64,000 nt of DNA from an uncultured Roseburia sp. Lineage in GTDB: Bacteria > Bacillota > Clostridia > Lachnospirales > Lachnospiraceae. Position 1 is the stretch's first letter. Each line of letters starts with the position of its first letter. Both the position numbers and the translations under genes were made by a program. This document shows positions 48,520-59,199 of this stretch, in pieces. Under the pieces are notes generated by a model, which had not been told where the DNA came from, searched no databases, and worked only from the letters and a program-made list of their open reading frames with translations. The stretch covers positions 204,865 to 268,864 of the forward strand of contig CATZIT010000002.1 in assembly GCA_958420225.1 (NCBI GenBank), in the 5' to 3' direction.

Positions 48520-51500
48520 ATGAAGTTGAAAAAAATATTAGCTGCGGGTCTGAGCATGACACTGGCAATGTCCATGGTGGTGACGGGCAGCGTATATGCC
48601 AGCGAACCGGACAGCGTACAGATACTTGAACGTGAGGAAGAGACAACCGGGGAAAACGAAGCAACAGAAGAAACGGAGATAACCGGAGAAAACGGAACAG
48701 CAGAAGAAACTGAGGCAGTTGAGGAAACTGAGGCAGCCGAGGAGACCGAAGCAACGGAGACGACAGAAGAGACCGAAGCAACCGAGGCAACGGAAGAGAC
48801 AGAGGCAACAGAAGAGACCGAGGCAACAGAAGAGACAGAGGTCACGGAAGAGACAGAAGAGACAGAGGTTACGGAAGAGACAGAGGTTACGGAAGAGACA
48901 GAGGCAACGGAAGAGACAGAGGTAACCGAGGCAATGGAAGAGACAGAAGTAACGGAAACAACCGAGGATGTTGAAATTACAGACGAACAGGTACTTGCAA
49001 AGGGTTCTACCGTGTCTGTCAAAGATTACGGTGCAAATGGAACGGACAAGAAGGTAGATACAGCCGCAATCCAGAAAGCATTAAATGCAATTAAAAAAGC
49101 AGGCGGAGGTACAGTGACAGTACCAAAGGGAACTTATTACATCGATAAAAGTCTTGTCATTTATTCCAACACGAAATTGCATCTGGATGATTCAGCAACG
49201 ATAAAACGTTCTTCAAATTTTTTGGATAAAACATATGATGACACAATCGGAGATTATGTCTATGGTCCTATGTTAAAAAACTATCAGAATACAGAGGACG
49301 TGTTAGACGGCTATGGTTATGATTATTCCAATAATATTACGATTGAAGGCGGAACCTGGAATGGTGGTGCAGGAAAAGCCGGAACAACATCAGAAAAGCC
49401 GGGAAATCTGTTCCAGATTTATTGTGCGACCGAAGTTACGATTCAGAAGGTGAAATTAAGAAGCGTTTGCGGACTTCATCATATCAGACTGGCATCGGTG
49501 CAGAACGCCAAAATCTCAAATGTAGCGTTTTCTGAATTTGTATACTATAAGTGGGCAGATTACGATGGCATCGAAAGCGGTATGGAAGATGACAGCGATT
49601 TGAATGCGGGTGCCTCTATCACATCGGAGGCATTACAGCTTGACAATTATTCTGCGACAAATATCTGTAATGAGATTGAAGTTACAGGATGTACATTCCA
49701 GGATGTTTTAAGTGGTGTTGGAAATCACCGCAGCAAAGTAGGCGGAAGTATTTCTAAAATCGGTGCTGAGAATATCAAGATTACCAATAATACCTTCCAG
49801 AATGTTGCGAATACATGCATCAATCTGTATGATTTCGGGGCAGTGGATATTTCTGGAAACACTGCACAAAATGTGCGTTCTTTCGCAAGAGTTTATAAAG
49901 GAAAAGATTGTGTAATCTCCAATAATAATATTGCTGCACTTACAAGCGGAAATCAGTATGATGTATTCCGTATCAGTAACGGTGCAAAGCTTACGGTTAT
50001 CGGAAATACCATCTCCGGAGCTGGAAATACGGCTGTCAAGGTGGAATCTAAGTCAACGGCAGATATTACGGCGAATACGTTTAAGGGAGCAATTTCTTAT
50101 AATGCAGTCGGTGTGGAAAATTCAACAGCAAATGTAGGCAGAAATACGTTTACAGAGGGCAGCATCGGAAATATTGCAGTTTATTTTATTGGAAGTAAAG
50201 GAAGCATCAGCAACAATACGATAAGCACGGCAAAGGTACGGCCGATTGGGGTACAGAATGCCAGCAGTATCACACAGATAAACGGAAACAACGTGAGCGG
50301 AGGAAGAAGCCAGGGAATTTATGTACTTAATTCCACGGTGCAGCAGATAAGCTCCAATACGGTGAAAGCTTCCGGAGCGGAAGGAATTGGCATCAGCGGA
50401 AGCAAAGCTTCTGTGGAAAACATGACACTGAATACCATAAGCAATGCCGGAACCGAGGGAATCCGCGTGGGAGAGAGTGCGAAGGTGACTAATATCGGAG
50501 GAAGCAAGACAACCGGAAATACGATTTCTGCTTCTACGGGAATCGGTATTTATGCAGGTGCTTCAAATGTAACAAATATTTCACACAACAAGATAGAACA
50601 GACAGGCAGTACCTCTATCCGTGTAGTGAACGCTGCTTCAAAGACGAAGATAACAAGCAACACAATTTCAAACGGAAAAGAACGTGGAATTTATGTATCC
50701 GGTTCTGAAATTGCCATTACTTCCAACAAGATTAACAAATCGGCCGCTACTGCAATTCAGGTAGAGAATGGAAAGGGAACCATCCGGAAGAATACTGTTA
50801 AAACCACACTTTCCGGTGATGGAATTCTTGTTTCCGGAAAAGCAAATATCTCAAGTATGAATGAGAATACGGTTACGTCTGCAAAGAAAAATGGTATTGA
50901 GGTGTCTGGAAAGGCAGCCGTAAAATACATAGGAGAAAAAAAGAATACCGGAAATACGATAGATAAGGCGGGTGTAAACGGTATTTATGTAAAAGAGGGA
51001 ACAAACGTTTCAAATATATGTTACAATACGGTGAAGTCTTCAAAGTCTGCCAATATTAATGCAGAAAAGACAAAGAAAACACTGACAGTAGCGAACAATA
51101 CCCTTACTTCAGCGAAAAAGCAGGGAATTTATATCAAGAATGCAAAAGTGAAAATTACCAATAACAAAATTTCCAAGTCTGCAGCATGTGGAATTTATCT
51201 TGATGGTAAAAAAGAAAATGCAACCGTAAAGGGAAATACGATTGATACTGTTTCTAAGGGAAATGGAATCCGGGTATGCAGTGGAAAGGCATCACTTGCC
51301 GCAAACACCATAAAGAAAACAAAGACCGAGGGAATTTATATCGCAAAAGGAACGGTTACAATCAGTAATGATAACAAGGTAAGCGAAGCGGGAAGCAAGC
51401 AGTCAATTGCAATTAAGGGTGGAACAATCTTTATGACATCCGGAAATGCAAAGATGCAGTTGAAATCCAGAAATCTTATTGTATGCGGTGCCACTTCTTC

Positions 51501-51846
51501 TTCTGCCACGAAAGTTACCATTCCGGAGAACGTTAAAATCGGAAATGTGACTTATAAGGTAACACAGATTGAAAGCAAAGCATTTAAGGGCAATAAAAAG
51601 CTGAAAACGCTGACGATAGGAAGCAATGTGAAGAAAATTGGCAGTTCTGCGTTTGAAGGATGTGCATCACTTGAGACAGTTACGGTGAATACTTCCGGCT
51701 TAACGGAGAAAAATGTTGGGGATGCTGCCTTCAAGGGTGTGAAAGCCAAATGTACATTTAAAGTTCCGAAGGACAAGACGACTACATATAAGAGCCTGTT
51801 TAGAAAGAAGGGCGCGGCAGAAGGAATTAAGGTTGTAAATAAATAG
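48520..51846 (+). CDS. giant secreted/cell-surface protein: signal peptide, ~110-aa (E-E-T-E-A/V-T)n acidic repeat, parallel beta-helix (pectate-lyase-like) repeats, C-terminal BspA-type leucine-rich repeats
   Basis: Signal peptide MKLKKILAAGLSMTLAMSMVVTGSVYA; NxxISGxxxxGI beta-helix periodicity; C-terminal …IPENVKIGNVTYKVTQIESKAFKGNKKLKTLTIGSNVKKIGSSAFEGC. Confidence 0.8.
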   Translation: MKLKKILAAGLSMTLAMSMVVTGSVYASEPDSVQILEREEETTGENEATEETEITGENGTAEETEAVEETEAAEETEATETTEETEATEATEETEATEETEATEETEVTEETEETEVTEETEVTEETEATEETEVTEAMEETEVTETTEDVEITDEQVLAKGSTVSVKDYGANGTDKKVDTAAIQKALNAIKKAGGGTVTVPKGTYYIDKSLVIYSNTKLHLDDSATIKRSSNFLDKTYDDTIGDYVYGPMLKNYQNTEDVLDGYGYDYSNNITIEGGTWNGGAGKAGTTSEKPGNLFQIYCATEVTIQKVKLRSVCGLHHIRLASVQNAKISNVAFSEFVYYKWADYDGIESGMEDDSDLNAGASITSEALQLDNYSATNICNEIEVTGCTFQDVLSGVGNHRSKVGGSISKIGAENIKITNNTFQNVANTCINLYDFGAVDISGNTAQNVRSFARVYKGKDCVISNNNIAALTSGNQYDVFRISNGAKLTVIGNTISGAGNTAVKVESKSTADITANTFKGAISYNAVGVENSTANVGRNTFTEGSIGNIAVYFIGSKGSISNNTISTAKVRPIGVQNASSITQINGNNVSGGRSQGIYVLNSTVQQISSNTVKASGAEGIGISGSKASVENMTLNTISNAGTEGIRVGESAKVTNIGGSKTTGNTISASTGIGIYAGASNVTNISHNKIEQTGSTSIRVVNAASKTKITSNTISNGKERGIYVSGSEIAITSNKINKSAATAIQVENGKGTIRKNTVKTTLSGDGILVSGKANISSMNENTVTSAKKNGIEVSGKAAVKYIGEKKNTGNTIDKAGVNGIYVKEGTNVSNICYNTVKSSKSANINAEKTKKTLTVANNTLTSAKKQGIYIKNAKVKITNNKISKSAACGIYLDGKKENATVKGNTIDTVSKGNGIRVCSGKASLAANTIKKTKTEGIYIAKGTVTISNDNKVSEAGSKQSIAIKGGTIFMTSGNAKMQLKSRNLIVCGATSSSATKVTIPENVKIGNVTYKVTQIESKAFKGNKKLKTLTIGSNVKKIGSSAFEGCASLETVTVNTSGLTEKNVGDAAFKGVKAKCTFKVPKDKTTTYKSLFRKKGAAEGIKVVNK
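48640..48965 (+). repeat. in-frame tandem 18-nt repeats (GAAGAGACAGAGGYRACG) encoding EETEAT/EETEVT
   Basis: ~18 consecutive near-identical units; they generate the artefactual minus-strand ORFs 48354-49022. Confidence 0.85.
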
Positions 51847-52013
51847 CAGAATAAAATGATTTAAAATAAGCCGGAAAGTGCGCCGGCTTATTTTAAGTTA
51901 GAAAGCTTTTTCCGGATTTGATATAGGAAAATATATCTATATAATATTGACGAAAAATAAAACAATATTATAATTATAGGTAGTGATTATTTTTGAAAAA
52001 AGGGGAATGGTAT

Positions 52014-53996
52014 ATGAAAAGACAAAAGATTATTTCTATTAAAACAAAATTGTTAGGAATCATCATTCCGGTTGTAATGGTGATTGTAGCAGTTCTTGTT
52101 ATTGTTGCATATCAGATGTCGGCAAAGATTATTGAGCGGTATTCCAAGAATCTCTTGGAATCTTCTGTTGCAAATCAGGCATCAAGTATTGAGGGATGGC
52201 TGAATGAAAACCTGGCATCTTTTCAGATGGCAAAGGAAACCATTGAAAAGCTTCATCCGGATGATGCACAGCTGCAGACGATTTTAAATGGTTATTACGG
52301 ATATAATGACAATTATCCGGATGGACTTTATGTCGCAGATGAGAGCGGAAAACTGATAAAAGCAGAGGATTCCGACAAGCAGGAAGCAAACCCGACGGAA
52401 AGTACCTGGTATCGGGAGGGCCTCACCAGAGTAAATATGGCAGTTGGCACAGCGTACCAGAATGCGCAGGGGGTAAATGTAATCAGTGCGTCTGGTATTT
52501 TAAACGATGGTTCCAATCATATCCGTGTGATTTCTGCCGATATGACTCTGGACCGTATTGCAGTTATTGTAAACTCGTTTATTGAGATGAACGATGCAGA
52601 GGCATTTTTGGTAGATAAAAACAGTGCAAAAATTCTGGCAAACCGTGACAGCAGCCTTATTTCACAGACCCTTGGCGCAGACGGTCAGAGCAATTTCTAT
52701 CGACTGGCTGCTGAAAAGATTGTGGCAAAAGATTATAGTTTTACAACCTTAGACGGCAACATGACCGTTTTTGAGGAAGTGGAAGGAACAGACTGGCTTC
52801 TTGTCTCTTACATTCCAACAAGCGAAGTGCTTGCGGACCTGGCACAGCTTCGTACCATTATGATTGTCATCAGTATTGTATGTATGGTATTGTTATGTAT
52901 TCTCATTGAGCGGCTGACCCATGTTGTCATCAAACCGGTAAAAGAAATAACAAAGGTAATCACAACGATGACAGATGGTGATTTTACTGTATCGATTAAC
53001 AGCAGAGGAAACGATGAAATTGCAGTGATGGGACAGAGCGTCAATCGTTTTATCGGCTCTATGAAACAGATGATTACAGAGATGGGCGATGTCTCCGGAA
53101 AACTCAAAAATCAGGCAGATACCAGTAAGAATGTTTCCGGTGAAATGAATTCTGCTGCCGGTATCCAGTCACAGTCGATGGGCGAACTGAATGCAACGGT
53201 TGACCAGCTCTCTGTTTCTGTCAATGAGATTGCGCAGAATGCTACACAGCTTGCAGGTGTGGCAGCAGATACCAAGACAGACAGTGATATGGTTGAGAAT
53301 AAGATGCTAGAGACCGTGCAGATATCCGAAAAAGGACGTAAGGATATGGAACGTGTCGGAGAAGCACTGGATAATATTGAAGTGTCTATCCGTAATCTCG
53401 AAGAAGCAGTTAATAAGGTTGGAACAGCCTCCGGTGAGATTGTTCAGATTATCAAATTGATTGGCGATATCGCAGATGAAACAAATCTGCTTTCCTTAAA
53501 TGCATCGATTGAGGCTGCAAGAGCCGGAGAGGCAGGAAGAGGATTTGCGGTTGTTGCAACTGAAATTGGAACGCTTGCAAAGAACAGTGCGGATTCGGTT
53601 GCACATATTACGGAACTGATTACGGAAATCAACCGTCTTGTGGAAGACGCGGTACGTCAGGCAGGAGACAGCGCAGGCGCAATTTCCGGAAGTGCGGAGC
53701 TGATTCATACGGCGGTTGATACATTTGACAGTATCTTCCAGAATATTCAGGATACCAACGCACTCATCCGCGGCGTTGTGGATAAGATTAATCAGGTTGA
53801 CCAGGTTGCTACAAATGTAGCAGCTATTTCGGAAGAGCAGGCGGCAAGCTCTGATGAGATTTTGGCAACATCAGAATCTATGTTGCAGCAGGCAAAGAAC
53901 ATTTCCAAGAACAGCGGACAGGTGGAATCAGAAGCCGAAAATCTTGCGACGTCGGCAGACCAGCTGGCAGATCAGGTAAAACAGTTTCGGATATAA
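52014..53996 (+). CDS. methyl-accepting chemotaxis protein (Cache-like extracellular domain, HAMP, MA signalling domain)
   Basis: TM1, ~270-aa periplasmic domain, TM2, then a highly conserved MCP signalling region …[24 protein letters not shown]…. Confidence 0.9.
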   Translation: MKRQKIISIKTKLLGIIIPVVMVIVAVLVIVAYQMSAKIIERYSKNLLESSVANQASSIEGWLNENLASFQMAKETIEKLHPDDAQLQTILNGYYGYNDNYPDGLYVADESGKLIKAEDSDKQEANPTESTWYREGLTRVNMAVGTAYQNAQGVNVISASGILNDGSNHIRVISADMTLDRIAVIVNSFIEMNDAEAFLVDKNSAKILANRDSSLISQTLGADGQSNFYRLAAEKIVAKDYSFTTLDGNMTVFEEVEGTDWLLVSYIPTSEVLADLAQLRTIMIVISIVCMVLLCILIERLTHVVIKPVKEITKVITTMTDGDFTVSINSRGNDEIAVMGQSVNRFIGSMKQMITEMGDVSGKLKNQADTSKNVSGEMNSAAGIQSQSMGELNATVDQLSVSVNEIAQNATQLAGVAADTKTDSDMVENKMLETVQISEKGRKDMERVGEALDNIEVSIRNLEEAVNKVGTASGEIVQIIKLIGDIADETNLLSLNASIEAARAGEAGRGFAVVATEIGTLAKNSADSVAHITELITEINRLVEDAVRQAGDSAGAISGSAELIHTAVDTFDSIFQNIQDTNALIRGVVDKINQVDQVATNVAAISEEQAASSDEILATSESMLQQAKNISKNSGQVESEAENLATSADQLADQVKQFRI

Positions 53997-54011
53997 GGGA
54001 GGAAGCGCGAA

Positions 54012-54986
54012 ATGAAAAAAGGATTATGTTTGATTATGTGTCTGATATTGCTGACCGGCTGTCTTGCCGGCTGTGGACAGACAACAGGAAATGCGGCAGC
54101 GAACGGAAACGGAATCCGGATACTTCTATCTCTTTCACAGGCGGACACATTCCGAAGTGCGCTTGCGCAACAGGCAAAAGCGACAGCCGAGGCAAACGGA
54201 GCAACATTAGATATTTTTGATGCCGAGAATTCTATTGAAAATCAGGTGGAGCATATCAAAAAAGCAGTAGCGGAAAATTATGATGTTATTTTGTGCGGCC
54301 CGGTGGATGCTGATACTACGTTGGAACTGGAAGCACTTGCGGGAGATTTGCCCATTGTATTTTTTAATAGTTGTCCGGATGAATCAAGACTGGAGTCAGG
54401 GCGTTATATGTATGTGGGGTCAGATGAAAAAGTGGCAGGACAGTATCAGGCGGAGTATATTTTAGAGCAGTTTTCCTCTGCAAATGAAATTAGCGTTGCG
54501 TTGTTAAAAGGAGCGAAGAGCCACTCTGCAACAAAGGGGCGGTCAAATGCACTTAAGGACACGTTAAATGATTCTGGTAAAACCATCCATTATGTGTTTG
54601 AGGATAATGCAAACTGGGATCAGGCGCAGGCAAAGGAGATGTTTGAACTCTTTTTAAAGACAGGACAGGATTGTGATGTGGCAGTCTGTAATAACGATTC
54701 GATGGCACTTGGTGTGTTAGAAGCGTGCGAGGCGGCTGGCAGAAGCGACATTCTGGTGCTTGGAATCGATGCAACCGCAGATGGCTGTGCCGCTATTGCG
54801 ACTGGCAAAATGGCATTTACCGTTTATCAGTCAGCGGTTGGACAGGGAGAGATGGCAGTTCAGACGGCACTTGCGCTTGCGTCTGGAAGCAGTATCTCAA
54901 ATCTTGAGGGCGTTTCGGAAGACGGAAAGTATGTCTGGGTTCCATTTGAAAAAGTAGACAGCACGAATGTTAAGAATTACCAGTAA
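54012..54986 (+). CDS. periplasmic sugar-binding lipoprotein (LacI/RbsB-type PBP fold)
   Basis: Lipobox LLTGCLAGC; type-I PBP pattern. Confidence 0.7.
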   Translation: MKKGLCLIMCLILLTGCLAGCGQTTGNAAANGNGIRILLSLSQADTFRSALAQQAKATAEANGATLDIFDAENSIENQVEHIKKAVAENYDVILCGPVDADTTLELEALAGDLPIVFFNSCPDESRLESGRYMYVGSDEKVAGQYQAEYILEQFSSANEISVALLKGAKSHSATKGRSNALKDTLNDSGKTIHYVFEDNANWDQAQAKEMFELFLKTGQDCDVAVCNNDSMALGVLEACEAAGRSDILVLGIDATADGCAAIATGKMAFTVYQSAVGQGEMAVQTALALASGSSISNLEGVSEDGKYVWVPFEKVDSTNVKNYQ

Positions 54987-55014
54987 ATAATAGGGGATAA
55001 GAGAGGAATACTGC

Positions 55015-56406
55015 ATGGAAATGCACGAATCTTGCAATAAAGTGAAAGCGTTGGAGCAGGAGGTTTTGGAGAAGTGTGGCATAGATACCGCACGTGTGTT
55101 GGAATGTTGTGCAGAGATTGAAGAATATGCCAGGAAGACGGATGATGTTCGTCTGCTTGGTTTTGCGCATTATTACAGAGGCGCAAATTACTATATGTTA
55201 AATGATTCGCAGAATATGAGCCTTAATATTGCAAAGGCAATTGGTTATCTGGATCAGTCCGGACAGTGGGAACTGGTCGGGAGATCCTATAATCTGCTTG
55301 CAATTATGTCTGTAAATAAAGGAAATCCGTCTCTCGCAGTGGATTATTACCTGACCGGTTTAAATTACTGTGCACGCTATGGGGTCAATAAGGTAGAGAG
55401 TATGATAGAGATGAATCTTGGATATCTTTATCTGGAAAACAAGGTATTCCGGGAAGCACAGCACTATTTTGGGCGTGCGTACCAGAATTATATGAACACA
55501 CCTGAGAACAAGCGGAGTATTGCGAGCCTGATTATGATTTACAGTAATCTTGCAACCTGTTATATTCAGTGCGGAAATCTGGAGGGTGCAGAAGATTATC
55601 TTGAAAAGTTAGATACAGAGTGCAAGCCCTATTTTAGAAATATGGACTATATTTATATTGATTGTATGAAGACCAGGTATTACCAGCTTTCCGGTGAGAC
55701 GACACTTCGGGATGCGTGCATTGACGATATCAGACAGCGTCTTTCCGATAAGGTACTGATACTTGATTTGTTTGATGACCTCTATGATTTCGGCGGATTA
55801 ATGCTTGATATCGGGCGTGAAGATGTGCTGTTAGAACTGCTGGGTCAGTTGGAAGAAACCGTAGAACAGACTGGAATTGTAAACTTACAGCGGAAACTGT
55901 TGTCTCTTAAACTTAAATACTATGGCAAATATAAAGTGCTGGAGAAATGCCTTGCAAACGGGCAGCCGCTGTCATTTGAAATACTCGACATTGATTATTT
56001 CAAACAGTACAACGATAATTACGGACATCAGGCAGGAGACGAGTGTGTGAAAGCAGTTGCGAACCTGTTAAGAGGGATGGAAAATGAAAAAATTTTCTGT
56101 GCCCGCTATGGAGGAGACGAATTTGTTATTATCTATAACGGTACGAGTGAAAAGGAAGTGTTTGAGTGCGCCGAAAGACTCAGACAGGAAGTGATGAGAT
56201 TAAATCTGGAACATCTGTATTCGGATGTATACCCGACGGTTGCGATTTCACAGGGAATTTGTCACAGCATTCCAAAAGATGGAAACAGAATCTGGGATTT
56301 CCTTCATGCGGCGGATACGCTTTTGTATCAGGTAAAGAAGAAAAATCGTAACAGCCTGTGTATTGGAGATATCAATGGGCAGGAATTCAAGGCAGATTTC
56401 ACATAA
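55015..56406 (+). CDS. GGDEF-domain diguanylate cyclase with an N-terminal TPR-like domain
   Basis: RYGGDEF active-site motif. Confidence 0.85.
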   Translation: MEMHESCNKVKALEQEVLEKCGIDTARVLECCAEIEEYARKTDDVRLLGFAHYYRGANYYMLNDSQNMSLNIAKAIGYLDQSGQWELVGRSYNLLAIMSVNKGNPSLAVDYYLTGLNYCARYGVNKVESMIEMNLGYLYLENKVFREAQHYFGRAYQNYMNTPENKRSIASLIMIYSNLATCYIQCGNLEGAEDYLEKLDTECKPYFRNMDYIYIDCMKTRYYQLSGETTLRDACIDDIRQRLSDKVLILDLFDDLYDFGGLMLDIGREDVLLELLGQLEETVEQTGIVNLQRKLLSLKLKYYGKYKVLEKCLANGQPLSFEILDIDYFKQYNDNYGHQAGDECVKAVANLLRGMENEKIFCARYGGDEFVIIYNGTSEKEVFECAERLRQEVMRLNLEHLYSDVYPTVAISQGICHSIPKDGNRIWDFLHAADTLLYQVKKKNRNSLCIGDINGQEFKADFT

Positions 56407-56409
56407 TTT

Positions 56410-56640
56410 TGGCAAGGATGTACCGTAAGGTTGCCGGATTATTCCAGTTAGAGCCGGGATATAAGAAATTCCAGGTAAAACCAATGTTTGTAAAAGATAT
56501 TGAAGAATGGGGCACAGAGTTTGAATTTGTTTACGGAAGGATTGTGGCAAATACATCCTGCAAGAATGGAAAATCCATGTCCATGTAGAAGTTCCGGCTA
56601 ATACAACAGCTGTGATGGTTCTCCCTGAGAAAGAAGAGGT
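56410..56640 (+). pseudogene. 3' remnant of an alpha-L-rhamnosidase (GH78) gene, frameshifted
   Basis: …FQLEPGYKKFQVKPMF…EFEFVYGRIVANTSCKNGK then, in the adjacent frame, HVHVEVPANTTAVMVLPEKEE; this matches the GH78 C-terminal region (…PGYK…IRIKP…SPYG.I.S.W…V.IPANTTA.V.LP). Confidence 0.5.
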
Positions 56641-56642
56641 AC

Positions 56643-57617
56643 ATGAAGCAGAAGCTGTTAGATGAACTGATGAAGATATCCGAAGAAGAACAGAAATATC
56701 TTGCTGGTCAGGGTGATATCGAAAAACAATTGTATGCAAAGGAACAGATAGGGGAAATAGACAGGGAGCTGCTGCTTAAAAGAGGACAGCTTATTACGGT
56801 ACGCCCACATAGCCGCTTTGTCGATTTCCCTGAACACAGACACAATTATGTAGAGATTATGTATGTGGCACAGGGCAGCATTACGCATTTCATAGAGGGA
56901 AAGGAATTAGTGCTTCATAAGGGTGATGTTCTGATGCTGAACCAGCAGGTAGTGCATTCGATAAAAAGAGCGGATTATCAGGACATAGGCATAAATTTTA
57001 TCGCACTGCCTGAATTCTTTGAGGTACCCTTATCTATGCTTGGCGGGGAAAATGTTCTTGCACGGTTTGTGACAAGCGTATTCAGGCAAAAGGATCCGGT
57101 GTCGCATTACCTTCTGTTTCGACTTCAGGAAAATGAGCAGGTTGAAAACCTTATGGAAAACATGGTGGAATCCATGCTGCACGGATATGCAAACGAAGAT
57201 ATCATAAACCAATATTCCATGGGAATTGTATTTTTGTATCTTCTGAATCATCTGGAAAATCTAAGCCATAACTCTTCTATGGACTATAAGGAGACAGTAG
57301 TCCAGGCAGTGCTCGGATATATTAACAGCGATTGTAAAAATGCAAGTCTGATGAGAATTGCAGAGGATACGCATCAGTCTATAACGGCCTTAAGCAAACT
57401 GATAAAGCAAAAAACCGGATACAATTTTAAAGAGCTTCTGCAAAGGAAAAGATTTCAGATGGCAGTTCATCTGCTGTGCGATACAAAGCTTTCGATTGAA
57501 GAAATAGCCCTTGATGTCGGGTATGAGAATCAAAGCTATTTTTTCAGGCAATTTAAGGAGCGTTACGGGATGACCCCGCATAAATACAGGAAAGAAAAAT
57601 TAAATAAAAAACGATAA
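56643..57617 (+). CDS. AraC-family regulator (cupin + HTH; RhaR/RhaS-like by context)
   Basis: C-terminal AraC HTH; located upstream of rhaB. Confidence 0.8.
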   Translation: MKQKLLDELMKISEEEQKYLAGQGDIEKQLYAKEQIGEIDRELLLKRGQLITVRPHSRFVDFPEHRHNYVEIMYVAQGSITHFIEGKELVLHKGDVLMLNQQVVHSIKRADYQDIGINFIALPEFFEVPLSMLGGENVLARFVTSVFRQKDPVSHYLLFRLQENEQVENLMENMVESMLHGYANEDIINQYSMGIVFLYLLNHLENLSHNSSMDYKETVVQAVLGYINSDCKNASLMRIAEDTHQSITALSKLIKQKTGYNFKELLQRKRFQMAVHLLCDTKLSIEEIALDVGYENQSYFFRQFKERYGMTPHKYRKEKLNKKR

Positions 57618-57626
57618 AAAATGGAA

Positions 57627-57683
57627 AATAAGGACAGTTTTTTGAACTAATGAGGTTCTAAAAAACTGTCCTTATTTTTGCTA
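57627..57683 (+). terminator. long hairpin (AATAAGGACAGTTTTTTGAAC / GTTCTAAAAAACTGTCCTTATT) followed by a T-run
   Basis: Read directly. Confidence 0.5.
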
Positions 57684-57747
57684 TATTGAGTATAGAAAAC
57701 GGGGAACTATTCAGAACCACTGAGAACAAACAGAAAGGAACGCACAT

Positions 57748-59157
57748 ATGGATACGAGATATTATCTTGCTGTTGACATTGGCGCTTCAAGCGGCAGACA
57801 CATGCTTGCACACATGGAAAATGGAAAGATGGTGCTTGAGGAAATCTACCGCTTTCCAAACAGCATGACAGAAAAAGCGGGGCATAAGGTGTGGGAAGTG
57901 GACAGGCTTTTTGAGGAAATACTTACAGGCATGAAAAAGTGTCTGGAAATGGGGAAAATTCCTCACAGCATGGGAATTGACACATGGGCTGTGGATTTTG
58001 TCCTGTTAGATGAAAACGACAAAATGCTCGGAGATGCGGCTGCCTACAGGGATGACAGAACAAAAGACATTGACAAAGCAGTGTATCAGTTTGTATCGGA
58101 GACAGAACTGTACACAAGAACAGGAATTCAGAAGCAGAACTTTAATACGATTTATCAGCTGATGGCTGTAAAAAAGCAAAATCCACAATTGTTTTCAAAA
58201 GCAAAGACAATGCTTATGATACCTGATTACTTTCATTTCCTTTTAACAGGGAAAAGGGCTCAGGAATATACAAACGCAACAACTACCCAGCTGGTAAATG
58301 CAACTACCAGGGACTGGGATTATCAGCTCATAGATAAGCTTGGATATCCACAGGAACTGTTTTTAGAAATAAAGAATCCGGGATATGAGCTGGGAGACTT
58401 AACAAATTCCATTCAGAAAAAGGTGGGATTCAACTGCAAGGTCATTCTCCCGCCAACCCACGATACGGCGTCTGCTGTTATGGCTATTCCAACGCAGGAG
58501 GATGATGCTTTGTATATCAGCTCAGGAACATGGTCACTCATGGGAACAGAGCTTAAAGCAGCAGACTGTACAGCGGACAGCATGAAGTGTAATCTGACAA
58601 ACGAAGGCGGTTATGATTACAGATTCCGTTACCTGAAAAATATTATGGGACTGTGGATGATACAGTCGGTAAAGAAAGAAATCGCACAGGATATGAGCTT
58701 TGCTGAAATATGTGAAATGGCAGCAAAAGAGGACATAAAATCAGTGGTGGATGCAAACGATGACAGATTCTTAGCACCAGAAAACATGACAGAGGAAGTA
58801 AAAAAAGCCTGCAGTGAGAGTGGGCAGCAGATTCCACAGTCGGCCGCAGAGGTGGCAGCCGTTATCTATAACAGCCTGGCAAAATGCTATGCTGGGACTG
58901 CTCACGAGATAGAGGAGCTGACAGGAAAGAAGTATTCCCATATATATGTAGTAGGTGGAGGCTCTAATGCGGCTTACCTGAATAAACTTACCGCAAAGGA
59001 AACAGGAATGACTGTTTATGCGGGACCAGGCGAAGCCACTGCGATAGGAAATATAGCTTCACAAATGATTGCTGCTAAGGAGCTATGCGATTTAAAAGCT
59101 GCAAGACAGTGCATTTTCGATTCTTTTGAAATAAAGGAATATAGTCTGAATCTATAA
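57748..59157 (+). CDS. rhaB: rhamnulokinase
   Basis: FGGY-kinase N-terminus YLAVDIGASSGRHMLAH; context with rhaD. Confidence 0.8.
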   Translation: MDTRYYLAVDIGASSGRHMLAHMENGKMVLEEIYRFPNSMTEKAGHKVWEVDRLFEEILTGMKKCLEMGKIPHSMGIDTWAVDFVLLDENDKMLGDAAAYRDDRTKDIDKAVYQFVSETELYTRTGIQKQNFNTIYQLMAVKKQNPQLFSKAKTMLMIPDYFHFLLTGKRAQEYTNATTTQLVNATTRDWDYQLIDKLGYPQELFLEIKNPGYELGDLTNSIQKKVGFNCKVILPPTHDTASAVMAIPTQEDDALYISSGTWSLMGTELKAADCTADSMKCNLTNEGGYDYRFRYLKNIMGLWMIQSVKKEIAQDMSFAEICEMAAKEDIKSVVDANDDRFLAPENMTEEVKKACSESGQQIPQSAAEVAAVIYNSLAKCYAGTAHEIEELTGKKYSHIYVVGGGSNAAYLNKLTAKETGMTVYAGPGEATAIGNIASQMIAAKELCDLKAARQCIFDSFEIKEYSLNL

Positions 59158-59199
59158 ATGATAAATACAAATTGCTATCACAAAGAAGGGAGAAAACAA

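Noticed and set aside
48354-49022. 222-aa minus-strand ORF (and the 48485-48826 and 48719-48925 ORFs) overlapping the start of the surface-protein gene
   Set aside because: They are artefacts of the in-frame 18-nt tandem repeat: every frame of a GAAGAGACAGAGG repeat is open. The plus-strand gene has a signal peptide, an RBS and continuity with the beta-helix domain.
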